From the NCBI GenBank assembly GCA_041640635.1, contig JBEPZX010000004.1:32279-96278 (forward strand): a stretch of DNA of 64,000 bases. The letters run 5' to 3'. Positions 28,135 to 37,878 of this stretch are shown here, piece after piece. Under the pieces are notes generated by a model that ran no database searches, was not told where the DNA came from, and was given only the letters and a program-made list of their open reading frames with translations. Numbering within the stretch: position 1 is the stretch's first letter; every line of letters starts with the position of its first letter. Origin of the DNA: Aquificaceae bacterium. GTDB taxonomy: Bacteria; Aquificota; Aquificia; Aquificales; Aquificaceae. Both the position numbers and the translations under genes were made by a program.

Positions 28135-28811
28135 AAAGGTACAATATACGTATAGCTGGTGTTGGTGGGCAAGGTGTCGTTACCTCTGCCCACATTCTTG
28201 GTAACGCTATGTCAGCCGCAGGAAAATATGCCACCTTAGTACCGTTTTTTGGTTCAGAAAAAAGAATGGCACCTGTCGAAGCTTACGTTAGAGCATCTGA
28301 CCAGCCAATATATGAGGTTGGGGAAGTAGTATACCCGAATGTTATAATGATATACCACCCTCAAGTTATAACTCACGGTAAGTCCTATACTATGCCTTTC
28401 TACTCTGGTCTTAAGGAAAACGGTCTTGTTATAATAAATACAGATGTGGATATTCTTTCAAAAGAGGATTGGACCATACTTAACGACCTTAACACAAGAG
28501 TAATAATGTTCCCAGCTACTCGGATAGCACTAGATATAGCAGGAACGGAACTTGCTACTAACATGGCAATGATAGGACTATTTTTTGGTATAACAAGACT
28601 TGTAGAATTCGAGCATATAGAAAAGGCTGTAAGGGAAAGATTTCTAGGAAATACATTTGTTGCATCTGGTGGTACAGCTGCACTAGACAGCGCCATAGAA
28701 AAGAAATTTAAGAAAAAAATGGAACTCTTGGAGAAGAACATGCAAGTTATTTCAGAAGCATTTAAGATAGCAGAAGAGAAAGGATGGGTAGAAGAAGAAA
28801 TTACCACATAA
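28131..28811 (+). CDS. forG: 2-oxoglutarate:ferredoxin oxidoreductase For, gamma subunit
   Basis: IAGVGGQGVVT, FGSEKR, TNMAMIG. Confidence 0.85.
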   Translation: MKRYNIRIAGVGGQGVVTSAHILGNAMSAAGKYATLVPFFGSEKRMAPVEAYVRASDQPIYEVGEVVYPNVIMIYHPQVITHGKSYTMPFYSGLKENGLVIINTDVDILSKEDWTILNDLNTRVIMFPATRIALDIAGTELATNMAMIGLFFGITRLVEFEHIEKAVRERFLGNTFVASGGTAALDSAIEKKFKKKMELLEKNMQVISEAFKIAEEKGWVEEEITT

Positions 28812-28826
28812 GGAGGCTATAGAGGT

Positions 28827-29051
28827 ATGTACTATGTAGCTGATGTTAACGAGCCGTGTTGTGCTAAATACAACTGTAAGCAGTGTGTGCTTTTTTGTCC
28901 AGAACCAAACACTCTTATGTATCATGATGAAAAACATGTAGCTTGGGTAAATTACTCAAGATGTAAAGGATGTGCCATATGCGTATATGTATGTTCAGAT
29001 CTCCTAAAGAGGAATTGCATTCAAATGGTCATGGTCACAGCTGCAGATTGA
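28827..29051 (+). CDS. forE: For epsilon subunit, ferredoxin-like
   Basis: CKQCVLFCP and CKGCAICVYVC Fe-S motifs. Confidence 0.8.
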   Translation: MYYVADVNEPCCAKYNCKQCVLFCPEPNTLMYHDEKHVAWVNYSRCKGCAICVYVCSDLLKRNCIQMVMVTAAD

Positions 29052-29063
29052 GGAGAGAAAGGT

Positions 29064-29351
29064 ATGGACATAAAAAAGTTAGGAAATCTCAAGGAAGCGC
29101 TTTTGAATGCTATAAATAATCCTGATTTGGATGTGGAGCTCTGTTTCGACAAAAATGACAAGTGCGATATAAAAAATATACCTTACATAAAGGTGAAATA
29201 TGTTACAGAAGAACATAATGTACACGAAAAGGAAATAGACATAGATCCTGATTACTTCAATAGAGATATTAAAGACATAGTGAACTTCGTTGTATTCCAA
29301 ATACAGCAATTTATGGAAGAAATAGACTCTGTAGAGTATGGGGGCGAGTGA
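29064..29351 (+). CDS. forF: small acidic protein, ForF-like
   Basis: Position directly after forE with GGAGA SD; assignment by gene order only. Confidence 0.55.
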   Translation: MDIKKLGNLKEALLNAINNPDLDVELCFDKNDKCDIKNIPYIKVKYVTEEHNVHEKEIDIDPDYFNRDIKDIVNFVVFQIQQFMEEIDSVEYGGE

Positions 29352-30292
29352 TGCTCCCATCTTTTATTATTACTGGGTTTTTAGGCAGTGGTAAAACTAC
29401 TTTAGCAATCAACTCTATAAAACACGCTTTCGAAGACAAGAAAGTTGCTATCGTAGTTAATGAGTTTGGTGAAGTTGGATTTGATGGTAAAGTTTTAAAA
29501 AACGTATACTCTGAAGTCTTGGAGCTTTCCGAAGGTTGTATATGCTGCACCTTATCAAGTCAGTTTGAAAAAGGTGTCAAGGAAATAATGGAAAAATACG
29601 CTCCAGATGTTCTTTTCGTAGAGACATCAGGTGTATCTGAACCTTTTCCCATAATGCTCAGTTTACAAAGCATAGGATTTTCTGTAGAAGGTGTAATATG
29701 CATGGTCGATGTAGCAAATTTTGAAAAATACGAGAGCTCCACAACAGCAAAACATCAAATAGGCTCATCTAATATTATTGTCTTGAATAAAGCGGATTTG
29801 ATTGATAGTACACAGTTAGACCAGGTTGAGGAAAGAGTAAAGCAAATAAGAAAAAAATACTCCTTGAGAAACTTCTTCACAGGAGAAGAAGTCTTTCCCA
29901 AATACATAATTTTGAAGACTGCTTACGGAAAGCTGCCCAAGGAAATATTTTCCATTGTTAATACAACCAATCTAAATGTGGAACAAATAAAACACGAAAG
30001 CCATGAAGGAGAGTTCTTTTATCAAGAAACCATAAAGTTTAGGGATAACATAACCTACGAATATTTAGAAAAGTATCTTAAGGAGCTGCCAAAAAGCGTA
30101 ATTAGAGCTAAGGGTATAGTTAGAGTAGCTGATGCTCCAAACCCCCTCTTAGTAAGCTATTCTTTTGGGAACTTGGACATCGTAGGCAAAGACCCTACTT
30201 ATCAAGGAGAAAGTTTTTTGGTATTAATCGGCTTTGAACCAAAACATTTTAAAATTCAAATGGAAATAAAGAGCACCTACATAAGGGGCTGA
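29351..30292 (+). CDS. COG0523/CobW-family G3E GTPase metallochaperone
   Basis: TGFLGSGKTT, VNEFGE, GCICC, ETSG, LNKAD, RAKG. Confidence 0.9.
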   Translation: MLPSFIITGFLGSGKTTLAINSIKHAFEDKKVAIVVNEFGEVGFDGKVLKNVYSEVLELSEGCICCTLSSQFEKGVKEIMEKYAPDVLFVETSGVSEPFPIMLSLQSIGFSVEGVICMVDVANFEKYESSTTAKHQIGSSNIIVLNKADLIDSTQLDQVEERVKQIRKKYSLRNFFTGEEVFPKYIILKTAYGKLPKEIFSIVNTTNLNVEQIKHESHEGEFFYQETIKFRDNITYEYLEKYLKELPKSVIRAKGIVRVADAPNPLLVSYSFGNLDIVGKDPTYQGESFLVLIGFEPKHFKIQMEIKSTYIRG

Positions 30293-30772
30293 TTAATTAA
30301 GCATACCTAATATTTGATGTCTTAGAACATGAGCAGGCTTATAATTGGGTGCTATTCTTATGGCGTTTCTAACCTCCTCTAGTGCATCATAAAATTTCCC
30401 CATGGCTACATAGGCTCTTGCTAGATTCATGTGTGGGTAATGTCTTGGTTCGTAATTTTTGGCTACTATAGCTTTCTTTAACCATGGTATAGATTCTTCG
30501 TATCTTCCAAGAGCTATTAGGTAAGAACCTATATCGTTGTATGGATTACCATAGTCTGGGTCTATTTCTATAGCTTTTTTGCAAAGATCAATAGCTAGTT
30601 CGTAATTACCTAGCATACTATAAGCCCAAGCCAAATAGGTATACCCTTGAGCCGTCGGATATATATCGATAGACTTCTCGTATAGTTCTATAGCTTTCTT
30701 AATGTCTCCTTCTATCAAAGCATCATAAGCCATCCTCATATATTCCAATGCTTGTTTTTCTGTGTCCCTCAT
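30293..30772 (-). CDS. tetratricopeptide repeat protein
   Basis: AIDLCKKAIEIDPDYGNPYNDIG-type TPRs; likely start MRDTEKQ at 30772. Confidence 0.8.
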   Translation of the reverse strand: MRDTEKQALEYMRMAYDALIEGDIKKAIELYEKSIDIYPTAQGYTYLAWAYSMLGNYELAIDLCKKAIEIDPDYGNPYNDIGSYLIALGRYEESIPWLKKAIVAKNYEPRHYPHMNLARAYVAMGKFYDALEEVRNAIRIAPNYKPAHVLRHQILGMLN

Positions 30773-30860
30773 AAAATTTAAATATAATACATTAAATAAA
30801 TTTGACAATAATAAACTAAGGTTTTGTGGAGTATATCAAAGCTTATAATGTTAAGATACT

Positions 30861-32117
30861 ATGAAAAAAGTTCTAATCTGGGGTCGTGGAATAAGCGGGA
30901 AAGCATGTGCAGAACTATTAAAAAGTAAAGGTATAGAATTTTTTATTGGCGATGATAATGACTCTACAGATCCAAAAGATTACTTGGATACTGTGGATAC
31001 AGTTGTTTTATCTCCGGGTATACCACCAAAGCATTACCTATGGAAATTGGCTCAAGAGAAAAAAATAGAAGTCATAGGAGAACTGGAACTTGCTTGGCGT
31101 TTTTTTGAAGGCAAAGCTATTGCTATAACTGGGACTGATGGTAAGTCAACTACTACTCACATTACCTATTTAATCTTAAAAAGAGTTTTTGATAACGTAG
31201 AAGAAGGAGGAAATATAGGTATACCCTTTTCTTCGGTAGTGCTTAAGAATCCAAAATCTTTGGCTGTACTCGAAATATCTTCTTTTCAAGGAAAAACGCT
31301 AAAAACATTTAAACCTTTTATTGGTGCCTTTTTAAACTTTTCTCCAGACCACTTGGACTGGCACATAGACGTAGATGATTATCTACACAGCAAATATAAC
31401 ATATTTGCCAAACAGGATTTTCAAGATACACTAATACTAAATGCAAACCAAGAGGAAGTGAAAAACACACCATCAGAGGCCAAAAAAGTATTCTTTTGTG
31501 ATAACTGTCAACTAAGAATATACAAAGGCGTTGGATTATACGAAGATATAAAGCTTTTTGATGCGACTAAATTAAAAATACAAGGCAGGCACAACTACTA
31601 TAATGCTTTAGTTGCTAGCTATATAGCTTACAGTTTAGGTGTAGATGTTTCTATTATACAGGATGTGCTTTACACTTTTGAAGGTCTCCCTTATAGGATG
31701 GAATTTCTAGGGAAATACGATGGAGTAAAGGTCTACAATGATTCAAAGTCCACTACTCCAAACGCAATGAAGGCAGCCTTAGAAAGTATGCCAGATAGCA
31801 AAGTTATCCTAATAGCTGGAGGTAAAGACAAAGGTTTAGATTTTAGTTCTCTTAAAGACTTGGTAAAGTCTAAGGTAAAAGTAGCTTTCCTTATAGGCGA
31901 AGCACGCCAAAAAATTAAAGATGAGTGGGGAAATATAGTCCAAATAGAATTAAAAGATACATTAGAAGGTGCAGTAAAGGAAAGCTTTGAGAAAGCTAAT
32001 TATGGAGATATTATTTTATTTTCGCCTGGGTGTGCATCCTTTGATATGTTCCAAGATTACAAAGAAAGAGGAGAAGCTTTCAAAAAGCTAGTGCAAAACA
32101 TGGTAAAATCAATCTAA
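30861..32117 (+). CDS. murD: UDP-N-acetylmuramoyl-L-alanine:D-glutamate ligase
   Basis: SPGIP, ITGTDGKSTT, LEISSFQ, DHLDWH, NDSKST, SPGCASFDMF. Confidence 0.96.
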   Translation: MKKVLIWGRGISGKACAELLKSKGIEFFIGDDNDSTDPKDYLDTVDTVVLSPGIPPKHYLWKLAQEKKIEVIGELELAWRFFEGKAIAITGTDGKSTTTHITYLILKRVFDNVEEGGNIGIPFSSVVLKNPKSLAVLEISSFQGKTLKTFKPFIGAFLNFSPDHLDWHIDVDDYLHSKYNIFAKQDFQDTLILNANQEEVKNTPSEAKKVFFCDNCQLRIYKGVGLYEDIKLFDATKLKIQGRHNYYNALVASYIAYSLGVDVSIIQDVLYTFEGLPYRMEFLGKYDGVKVYNDSKSTTPNAMKAALESMPDSKVILIAGGKDKGLDFSSLKDLVKSKVKVAFLIGEARQKIKDEWGNIVQIELKDTLEGAVKESFEKANYGDIILFSPGCASFDMFQDYKERGEAFKKLVQNMVKSI

Positions 32118-32118
32118 G

Positions 32119-33453
32119 ATGATAGAGAAGGTTTTAATAGCAAACAGAGGTGAAATAGCCGTAAGGGTTATAAGAGCATGCAAAGAGCTTGGCATAAAAA
32201 CAGTAGCTGTATATTCAGAAGCAGATACTGACTCCATGCATGTAAAACTTGCAGATGAAAACATATGTATAGGACCGCCCGAAGCATCAAAAAGTTACCT
32301 AGACATACCACGTATTATGTCAGCATTAGAGGTATCAAAAGCTCAAGCTATACATCCAGGCTACGGCTTTTTATCAGAAAGCCCTAAATTTGCGCAAATA
32401 GTGACAGCAAGTAGAAAGATATTCATAGGACCTTCTTGGGAAACTTTAACCCTCATAGGAGATAAAATAAAAGCAAGAGAAATAGCAAGAAAGGTTGGCT
32501 TACCTTTGGTTCCAGGTAGTGATGGACCAGTAGATTTTAAACAAGCCTTGCAGGTAGCTGACAATATAGGTTATCCTGTAGTAATAAAAGCCTCTGCTGG
32601 TGGCGGCGGTAGAGGGATAAGAATAGTTAGAGATGAGAAAGAACTTAGAGAGAAACTGCCTCTCGCTATGCAAGAAGCAAAAGCAGCTTTTGGAGATGAC
32701 AAAGTTTACATAGAAAAATACATAATCAATCCAAAACATATAGAGATTCAGGTATTAGCTGATAACTATGGAAACGTAATAACCTTAGGCGAAAGGGAAT
32801 GTTCCATTCAAAGAAGGCATCAAAAGTTGGTAGAGGAAGCTCCTTCTTCATCAATCGGGGAGGAGCAAAGGAATTTTCTAAAGTCTAAAGTTAAATCATT
32901 CTGCAAGGAGATAGGCTATGTGGGAGCTGGCACTGTGGAATTCTTAATGGATAATGAAGGGAACTTTTACTTTATGGAAATGAATGGTAGGATACAGGTA
33001 GAACATCCAGTCACGGAAATGGTAACTGGTGTAGATTTAGTAAAATGGCAGCTTTTAATTGCCAATGGTGAAAAACTACATCTCAAAGATATTAAACTCA
33101 ATGGTTACGCTATAGAGTTTAGGATAAATGCAGAAGATCCTAATACCTTTATGCCTTCACCTGGACGTATAGAAGAGCTTTATTTGCCTGGAGGCATTGG
33201 TGTAAGAGTGGATACACATATCTACTGTGGTTACAAAATACCCCCATATTATGACTCACTAGTTGCCAAGCTTGTTATTTGGGGTGAGAACAGAAATAAT
33301 GCTATAAATCGTGCAAGGAGAGCTCTGGATGAATTTATCATCAGTGGACCTGGTCTAAAAACCAATGTAGAATTTCATAAAAGATTGATTAACACTCGTG
33401 AATTTATAGAAGGTAAGCATCACGTGAGATTTATAGAAGAAATGATGATATGA
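32119..33453 (+). CDS. accC: biotin carboxylase
   Basis: IANRGEIA, HPGYGFLSE, GGGGRG, ERECSIQRRHQK, RIQVEHPVTE, YYDSL; could alternatively serve pyruvate carboxylase. Confidence 0.85.
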   Translation: MIEKVLIANRGEIAVRVIRACKELGIKTVAVYSEADTDSMHVKLADENICIGPPEASKSYLDIPRIMSALEVSKAQAIHPGYGFLSESPKFAQIVTASRKIFIGPSWETLTLIGDKIKAREIARKVGLPLVPGSDGPVDFKQALQVADNIGYPVVIKASAGGGGRGIRIVRDEKELREKLPLAMQEAKAAFGDDKVYIEKYIINPKHIEIQVLADNYGNVITLGERECSIQRRHQKLVEEAPSSSIGEEQRNFLKSKVKSFCKEIGYVGAGTVEFLMDNEGNFYFMEMNGRIQVEHPVTEMVTGVDLVKWQLLIANGEKLHLKDIKLNGYAIEFRINAEDPNTFMPSPGRIEELYLPGGIGVRVDTHIYCGYKIPPYYDSLVAKLVIWGENRNNAINRARRALDEFIISGPGLKTNVEFHKRLINTREFIEGKHHVRFIEEMMI

Positions 33454-33490
33454 GAGCTTAAATTTAAAAGTTGATGTGGGATGACCTAAA

Positions 33491-34453
33491 ATGCGTGAAA
33501 GGTTAAAGAGTTTCTTGAGTAAAATGTACCAACTCAATAGAGTACCTAGTGCTATTCTCTTCTTCGGAAGAGAAGGTGTAGGCAAAAAAACTATTACCTT
33601 TGAATTTGCCAAGGCTTTATTATGTTTGAACAATACTTATCCACCATGTAATAGGTGTATTTCTTGCCACTATCTAGATATATTTTCTAAGAATCCAAAG
33701 GAAAAGCTAAAAGTTTACGGTGAAGGTTCAAGCGGTAAAAATACTTTTTTGTATCTTCAGGGGGAACACCCAGATTTTATATTGGTCGAACCTGAAAAAG
33801 GAGAGATTAAGATAGATCAAATTAGAGGGGTCAAAGATTTTCTTAACTTGAAGCCAGCAATATCCCAAAGAAAAGTAGTAATGATAATAGAAGCGGAAAG
33901 TATGCATGTTTATTCCCAAAATGCCCTTTTAAAATCTTTGGAAGAACCGCCTTGGGACACTCATTTCTTACTAACTACTAACAACGTAAACGGAATACTG
34001 CCAACAATAAAATCTCGATGCTTTTTGATAGATGTGCCACCTTTTACAGAAGAAGACCTAATATCCATAACTGGCATAAAAGATCCAAAACTAATATCCT
34101 TAGCTGAAGGTAGTGTAACAAAACTCAAGCTTTTGGCTGAAAAGAAAAACTTACTAGAACTCTTGGATAGCGTAATTTCTAAAGATGCATACAAAGTGTA
34201 CGAAGCTCTGCAAAATATAGATAAACTAGCTTATGAAGATCAAAAATTGTTTCTGAGCCTTCTTGAGAGCTTTTTGGGTCTCAAGCTCAAAGAAAACAAA
34301 CAAGCATATACTCGTTATGAAAGAGCGATAGGTGTAACATCCAATCTCTCTACCTATCTAGACAGAGGTATGCGGTTAAATATAGGATTGTTATGGATTA
34401 ACTTAATAATTGGAGGTGATGAAAATGTCATATATAAAGGCACGGTTTTATGA
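33491..34453 (+). CDS. holB: DNA polymerase III delta' subunit
   Basis: GREGVGK, Cys cluster, HPDF, IKIDQIR, NALLKSLEEP, LPTIKSRC. Confidence 0.9.
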   Translation: MRERLKSFLSKMYQLNRVPSAILFFGREGVGKKTITFEFAKALLCLNNTYPPCNRCISCHYLDIFSKNPKEKLKVYGEGSSGKNTFLYLQGEHPDFILVEPEKGEIKIDQIRGVKDFLNLKPAISQRKVVMIIEAESMHVYSQNALLKSLEEPPWDTHFLLTTNNVNGILPTIKSRCFLIDVPPFTEEDLISITGIKDPKLISLAEGSVTKLKLLAEKKNLLELLDSVISKDAYKVYEALQNIDKLAYEDQKLFLSLLESFLGLKLKENKQAYTRYERAIGVTSNLSTYLDRGMRLNIGLLWINLIIGGDENVIYKGTVL

Positions 34454-35291
34454 TACAAGAAAGATATTCCAAGTAGAAGGTGTCTGGCAGAAAGATATAA
34501 ACAAAAATGACCTTTTGGTTGTTAAGTCAGAGAAAGGGGATGAAATAGCAAAAGTTATTGGATACTCAAAAGAACCATCCCCTGCAAAAGCTATGTTTTT
34601 AAGAAAAGCTACAGAGGAAGATATAAAGAGACACGAAGAGAACGAAAAAAAAGCTGAAGAAGCTTTCCAATACTGCAAGAACAAAATACAACAGTATGGT
34701 CTCGATATGAAGCTTATAAAAAGCTATATTACGCTAGACTCTACGAGAGTATTCTTTTACTACACTTCTAGTCAAAGAATAGACTTTAGAAACTTGGTAA
34801 AAGACTTAGCTAAGTATCTGAAGAAAAGGATAGAGATGAGGCAAATAGGAGTTAGAGATGCGATTCAGATGATGGGATGGATTGGAAACTGTGGAGATGT
34901 ACCTTGCTGTTACAAGTTTGCAGAGAGCTTTGAATCTATATCTTTGAGAGACATAGAAGAACAAAACCTGCCTCTTTCACCCAGTAAGTTTACTGGTCCA
35001 TGCGGGAGGTTGGTATGTTGCTTAGGATTCGAAAGAGATAACTACATAGTGAAAAACATCCTACCTGAAGTAGGTACGCATATATGCTATCAAGGGCAAG
35101 AAGTAAAAATACTTCATATAGACCCGCTTAAAGAGACAGTAGTTTTAGACAAAGGTGACAAAAAAGAAGAGGTTAAGTTAGAATTAATCCTACCTTTTGG
35201 ATACCAAAATGCTATAAAAAGTTGCAAAAAATGCAGCTGCTGTAGAAAAACACAGAAAGAAGATGAAAATTTTGCAATCTTATACGAGTGA
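34425..35291 (+). CDS. PSP1/RicT (YaaT)-family protein
   Basis: RIDFRNLVKDLA, RIEMRQIGVRD, GNCG..CC, GPCGRLVCCL; the common holB-yaaT linkage. Confidence 0.85.
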   Translation: MSYIKARFYDTRKIFQVEGVWQKDINKNDLLVVKSEKGDEIAKVIGYSKEPSPAKAMFLRKATEEDIKRHEENEKKAEEAFQYCKNKIQQYGLDMKLIKSYITLDSTRVFFYYTSSQRIDFRNLVKDLAKYLKKRIEMRQIGVRDAIQMMGWIGNCGDVPCCYKFAESFESISLRDIEEQNLPLSPSKFTGPCGRLVCCLGFERDNYIVKNILPEVGTHICYQGQEVKILHIDPLKETVVLDKGDKKEEVKLELILPFGYQNAIKSCKKCSCCRKTQKEDENFAILYE

Positions 35292-36063
35292 TTTAAATAG
35301 ACTTTATCTTTTTGATCTACCTGAAGGTAACACCATAGAGTCTGTATTTTATAGAGGTGATACACTTTGTGTGTCTACACAAGTAGGATGTGCTATAGGA
35401 TGTCCTTTTTGTGAATCTGGTAAATATGGACTCTATAGAAACTTAAGCTGGAAGGAAATCTTTGGACAGTATGATTTGTTAAAAGACATACATCCTATAA
35501 AAAGGATAGCTATAGCAGGTATAGGAGAGCCCTTAATGAATTTTGAAGAAGTTTTGAAAGCTTTTTGGAAGTTTAAAGAGCTGGGTTTGAAAGTTTCCTT
35601 TTACACTACAGGATTTCCTACAAAACATCTTGGAGAGCTTATTAATCTTCCACATAGTGGGGTAACAATTTCTATACACTCAACAAAAGAATCAAAACGC
35701 AAAAGTCTGTTGCCTCACGCCGGATCTATTAAAGAACTTGTGTCTGAATTAAAAAAGAACTTGATTAACTTATCAAACAAAAGGCGAAAAAAAATTAGTT
35801 TAGCTTACCTTTTAATAAAAGGGGTTAATGATTCTGTTGAAGATATTATTGATTTTGCCAAATTGGTAGAGGAACTCTCTGTTTCTGCTACCTTACTTCA
35901 ATACAACAAAACAGATACCAAATTCAATCCAGTGTCTGATGAAATTTACGAGAGAGTTTTCTTATTGCTCCGGAGTCTTGGGATTAGAGTTACTCTTTCC
36001 ACAAGATTTAGAAGAGATAAGCTAGGAGGATGTGGAACGCTGAGTATTAATAGGTTTTTATAA
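35263..36063 (+). CDS. short RlmN/Cfr-like class A radical SAM methyltransferase
   Basis: TLCVSTQVGCAIGCPFC, RNL, GIGEPLMN, YLLIKGVND, GGCGTL. Confidence 0.75.
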   Translation: MKILQSYTSDLNRLYLFDLPEGNTIESVFYRGDTLCVSTQVGCAIGCPFCESGKYGLYRNLSWKEIFGQYDLLKDIHPIKRIAIAGIGEPLMNFEEVLKAFWKFKELGLKVSFYTTGFPTKHLGELINLPHSGVTISIHSTKESKRKSLLPHAGSIKELVSELKKNLINLSNKRRKKISLAYLLIKGVNDSVEDIIDFAKLVEELSVSATLLQYNKTDTKFNPVSDEIYERVFLLLRSLGIRVTLSTRFRRDKLGGCGTLSINRFL

Positions 36064-36454
36064 TATCGGATATTAGTTCACCTATCAGTTGTTCGTTTTT
36101 TGCAACACACGATACGGGTAGTACTTCTACCTTTACAATACCTTTTCTTATCATACCTAGCTTCTCAGCCGAGGATTTAGAAAGATCCAAAATTCTTCCC
36201 CTCTTAAGAGGTCCCTTATCTGTAATGCGAACCAAAACTTCCTTACCGTTATCCAAATTCCTAACCAATACATAGGAATTGATAGGCAAAATATTAGATG
36301 CAGCTGTATATTTATACATGTTGAATATCTCTCCATTTGCCTTCTTTCTTCCGTGAAATTTCTCTCCATACCAGGAGGCATAGCCTTTTATAGATTTACA
36401 CTCTTCTGAGAAAGATACACATGCAAGCACAAGCAAGAAAAATATAGCTTTCAT
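36047..36454 (-). CDS. rlpA: RlpA-like (DPBB) lytic transglycosylase, exported
   Basis: GYASWYG..FHGRK.ANGE, VRITDKGP, RILDLS; N-terminal signal. Confidence 0.85.
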   Translation of the reverse strand: MKAIFFLLVLACVSFSEECKSIKGYASWYGEKFHGRKKANGEIFNMYKYTAASNILPINSYVLVRNLDNGKEVLVRITDKGPLKRGRILDLSKSSAEKLGMIRKGIVKVEVLPVSCVAKNEQLIGELISDIIKTY

Positions 36455-36525
36455 TGGACACCTCCTGCAAAAATCATACCACTTAATACTACCACATCAA
36501 TGTCTTTGATGTCAAGCTTTAAAAA

Positions 36526-36600
36526 TGGTAGGCGATGGAGGACTCGAACCTCCGACCTCCATCGTGTGAGGATGGCGCTCTTCCTCTGAGCTAATCGCCC
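36526..36600 (-). tRNA. tRNA-Val(CAC)
   Basis: GGGCGAT...ATCGCCT-A-CCA; anticodon arm CCATC-CTCACAC-GATGG. Confidence 0.95.
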
Positions 36601-37271
36601 TTTTCAATTAAATTATAAAATTCCTCAACCTTTTTTACTGGATCTTCAGCATTTATTACGCTTCTTCCTACAACCAAAATATCAGCTCCGTTTTTTATAG
36701 CTTCTTGTGGTGTAACAATTCTTCTTTGGTCATCTTTGTTGTCGTTTTCTAATCTAATTCCAGGCACTACCGCCAAAAAGTTTTTTCCAAAAGTCTTTTT
36801 AAGCATGGCGCTTTCCAATCCAGAACAAACTACACCATCTATACCTTCTTCAATACCTATTTTAGCCAACCTTAAAACGTACTCGTTTACATCTCCTTTT
36901 ATACCTAGATCATTTAGATCTTGGCTTGTTATACTTGTTAAAAGAGTAACACCTAAGATTTTTAAGTTTCCTTTTACACTGACAGCTTCTTTTATAGCCT
37001 TTCTTCCAGATAACAAATGAATAGTTAAGTAATCAGCTCCCAAAGATATTGAAGAAAGAACACCATTTCTAACCGTGTTGGGAATATCGTGAAGTTTTAG
37101 GTCTAGAAAAAGCTCAAAGCCCAGTTCCTTTACTTTATCTGTAATGTATCTGTGATGAGATATAAAAAGTTTGTAGCCTATTTTAAATATCAAGGGATAA
37201 CCTTTTAATGATTCTAGTAGAAATAATGTCTTTTGTATATCTGTGTCCAAAGCGATGCAAAGTTTAGCCAA
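36591..37271 (-). CDS. pyrF: orotidine-5'-phosphate decarboxylase
   Basis: IALD, FLDLKLHDIPNTV, VPGIR, DDQRR, VVGR. Confidence 0.96.
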   Translation of the reverse strand: MAKLCIALDTDIQKTLFLLESLKGYPLIFKIGYKLFISHHRYITDKVKELGFELFLDLKLHDIPNTVRNGVLSSISLGADYLTIHLLSGRKAIKEAVSVKGNLKILGVTLLTSITSQDLNDLGIKGDVNEYVLRLAKIGIEEGIDGVVCSGLESAMLKKTFGKNFLAVVPGIRLENDNKDDQRRIVTPQEAIKNGADILVVGRSVINAEDPVKKVEEFYNLIEKGD

Positions 37272-37878
37272 ATAAGGCCTCCCTGAAGTTCTGTAAAAGC
37301 CTTATGCCTACCTTTTGGCTCTTTTCTGGGTGAAATTGAACAGCATAAATACTATCTTTTTCTAAACACGAAACGAAATTTATACCATAATCCGTAAAAC
37401 CGGCTACTATGTCTTCATCTTTTGGTACTATGTGGTAAGAATGCACAAAATAAAAAAATGCTCCATCCTTTATGTTACCTAGTATCTTTGAATCTCTGGT
37501 TTTCCATACTTGGTTCCATCCAATGTGCGGGATCTTAACATTGGTTGGTAAAAGTTTAACCTCACCTTTGAAGATGCCAAAACCCTTTTCCTCACCAAAT
37601 TCGTAACTCTTTTCAAGTAAAAGTTGCATCCCCAAACATATTCCTAAGTAAGGCTTTCCTCTGTTTATAGAATCTAATATGACTTCCCACAGTCCACTGA
37701 CTTTTAAATTTTTCACAGCATCCTTAAAAGCACCAACACCAGGAAGTACAATTGCATCCGCTTTACTTACCTTTTCTGGATCATTGGTTTTTTCCGTATA
37801 AATACCTACATACTCAAGAGCCTTCTGAACACTCCTTAAGTTTCCCATTCCGTAATCAATAAGGACCACTTTTTTCAT
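37264..37878 (-). CDS. hisH: imidazole glycerol phosphate synthase, glutaminase subunit
   Basis: DYGMGNLRSV, LPGVGAF, GICLGMQ, PHIGWN, QFHPEKS. Confidence 0.97.
   Translation of the reverse strand: MKKVVLIDYGMGNLRSVQKALEYVGIYTEKTNDPEKVSKADAIVLPGVGAFKDAVKNLKVSGLWEVILDSINRGKPYLGICLGMQLLLEKSYEFGEEKGFGIFKGEVKLLPTNVKIPHIGWNQVWKTRDSKILGNIKDGAFFYFVHSYHIVPKDEDIVAGFTDYGINFVSCLEKDSIYAVQFHPEKSQKVGIRLLQNFREALFG

Noticed and set aside
25349..29351. Possible pyruvate:ferredoxin oxidoreductase (por) operon
   Set aside because: Gene order D-A-B-G-E-F matches for, whereas por is E-D-A-B-G; substrate not provable from sequence alone
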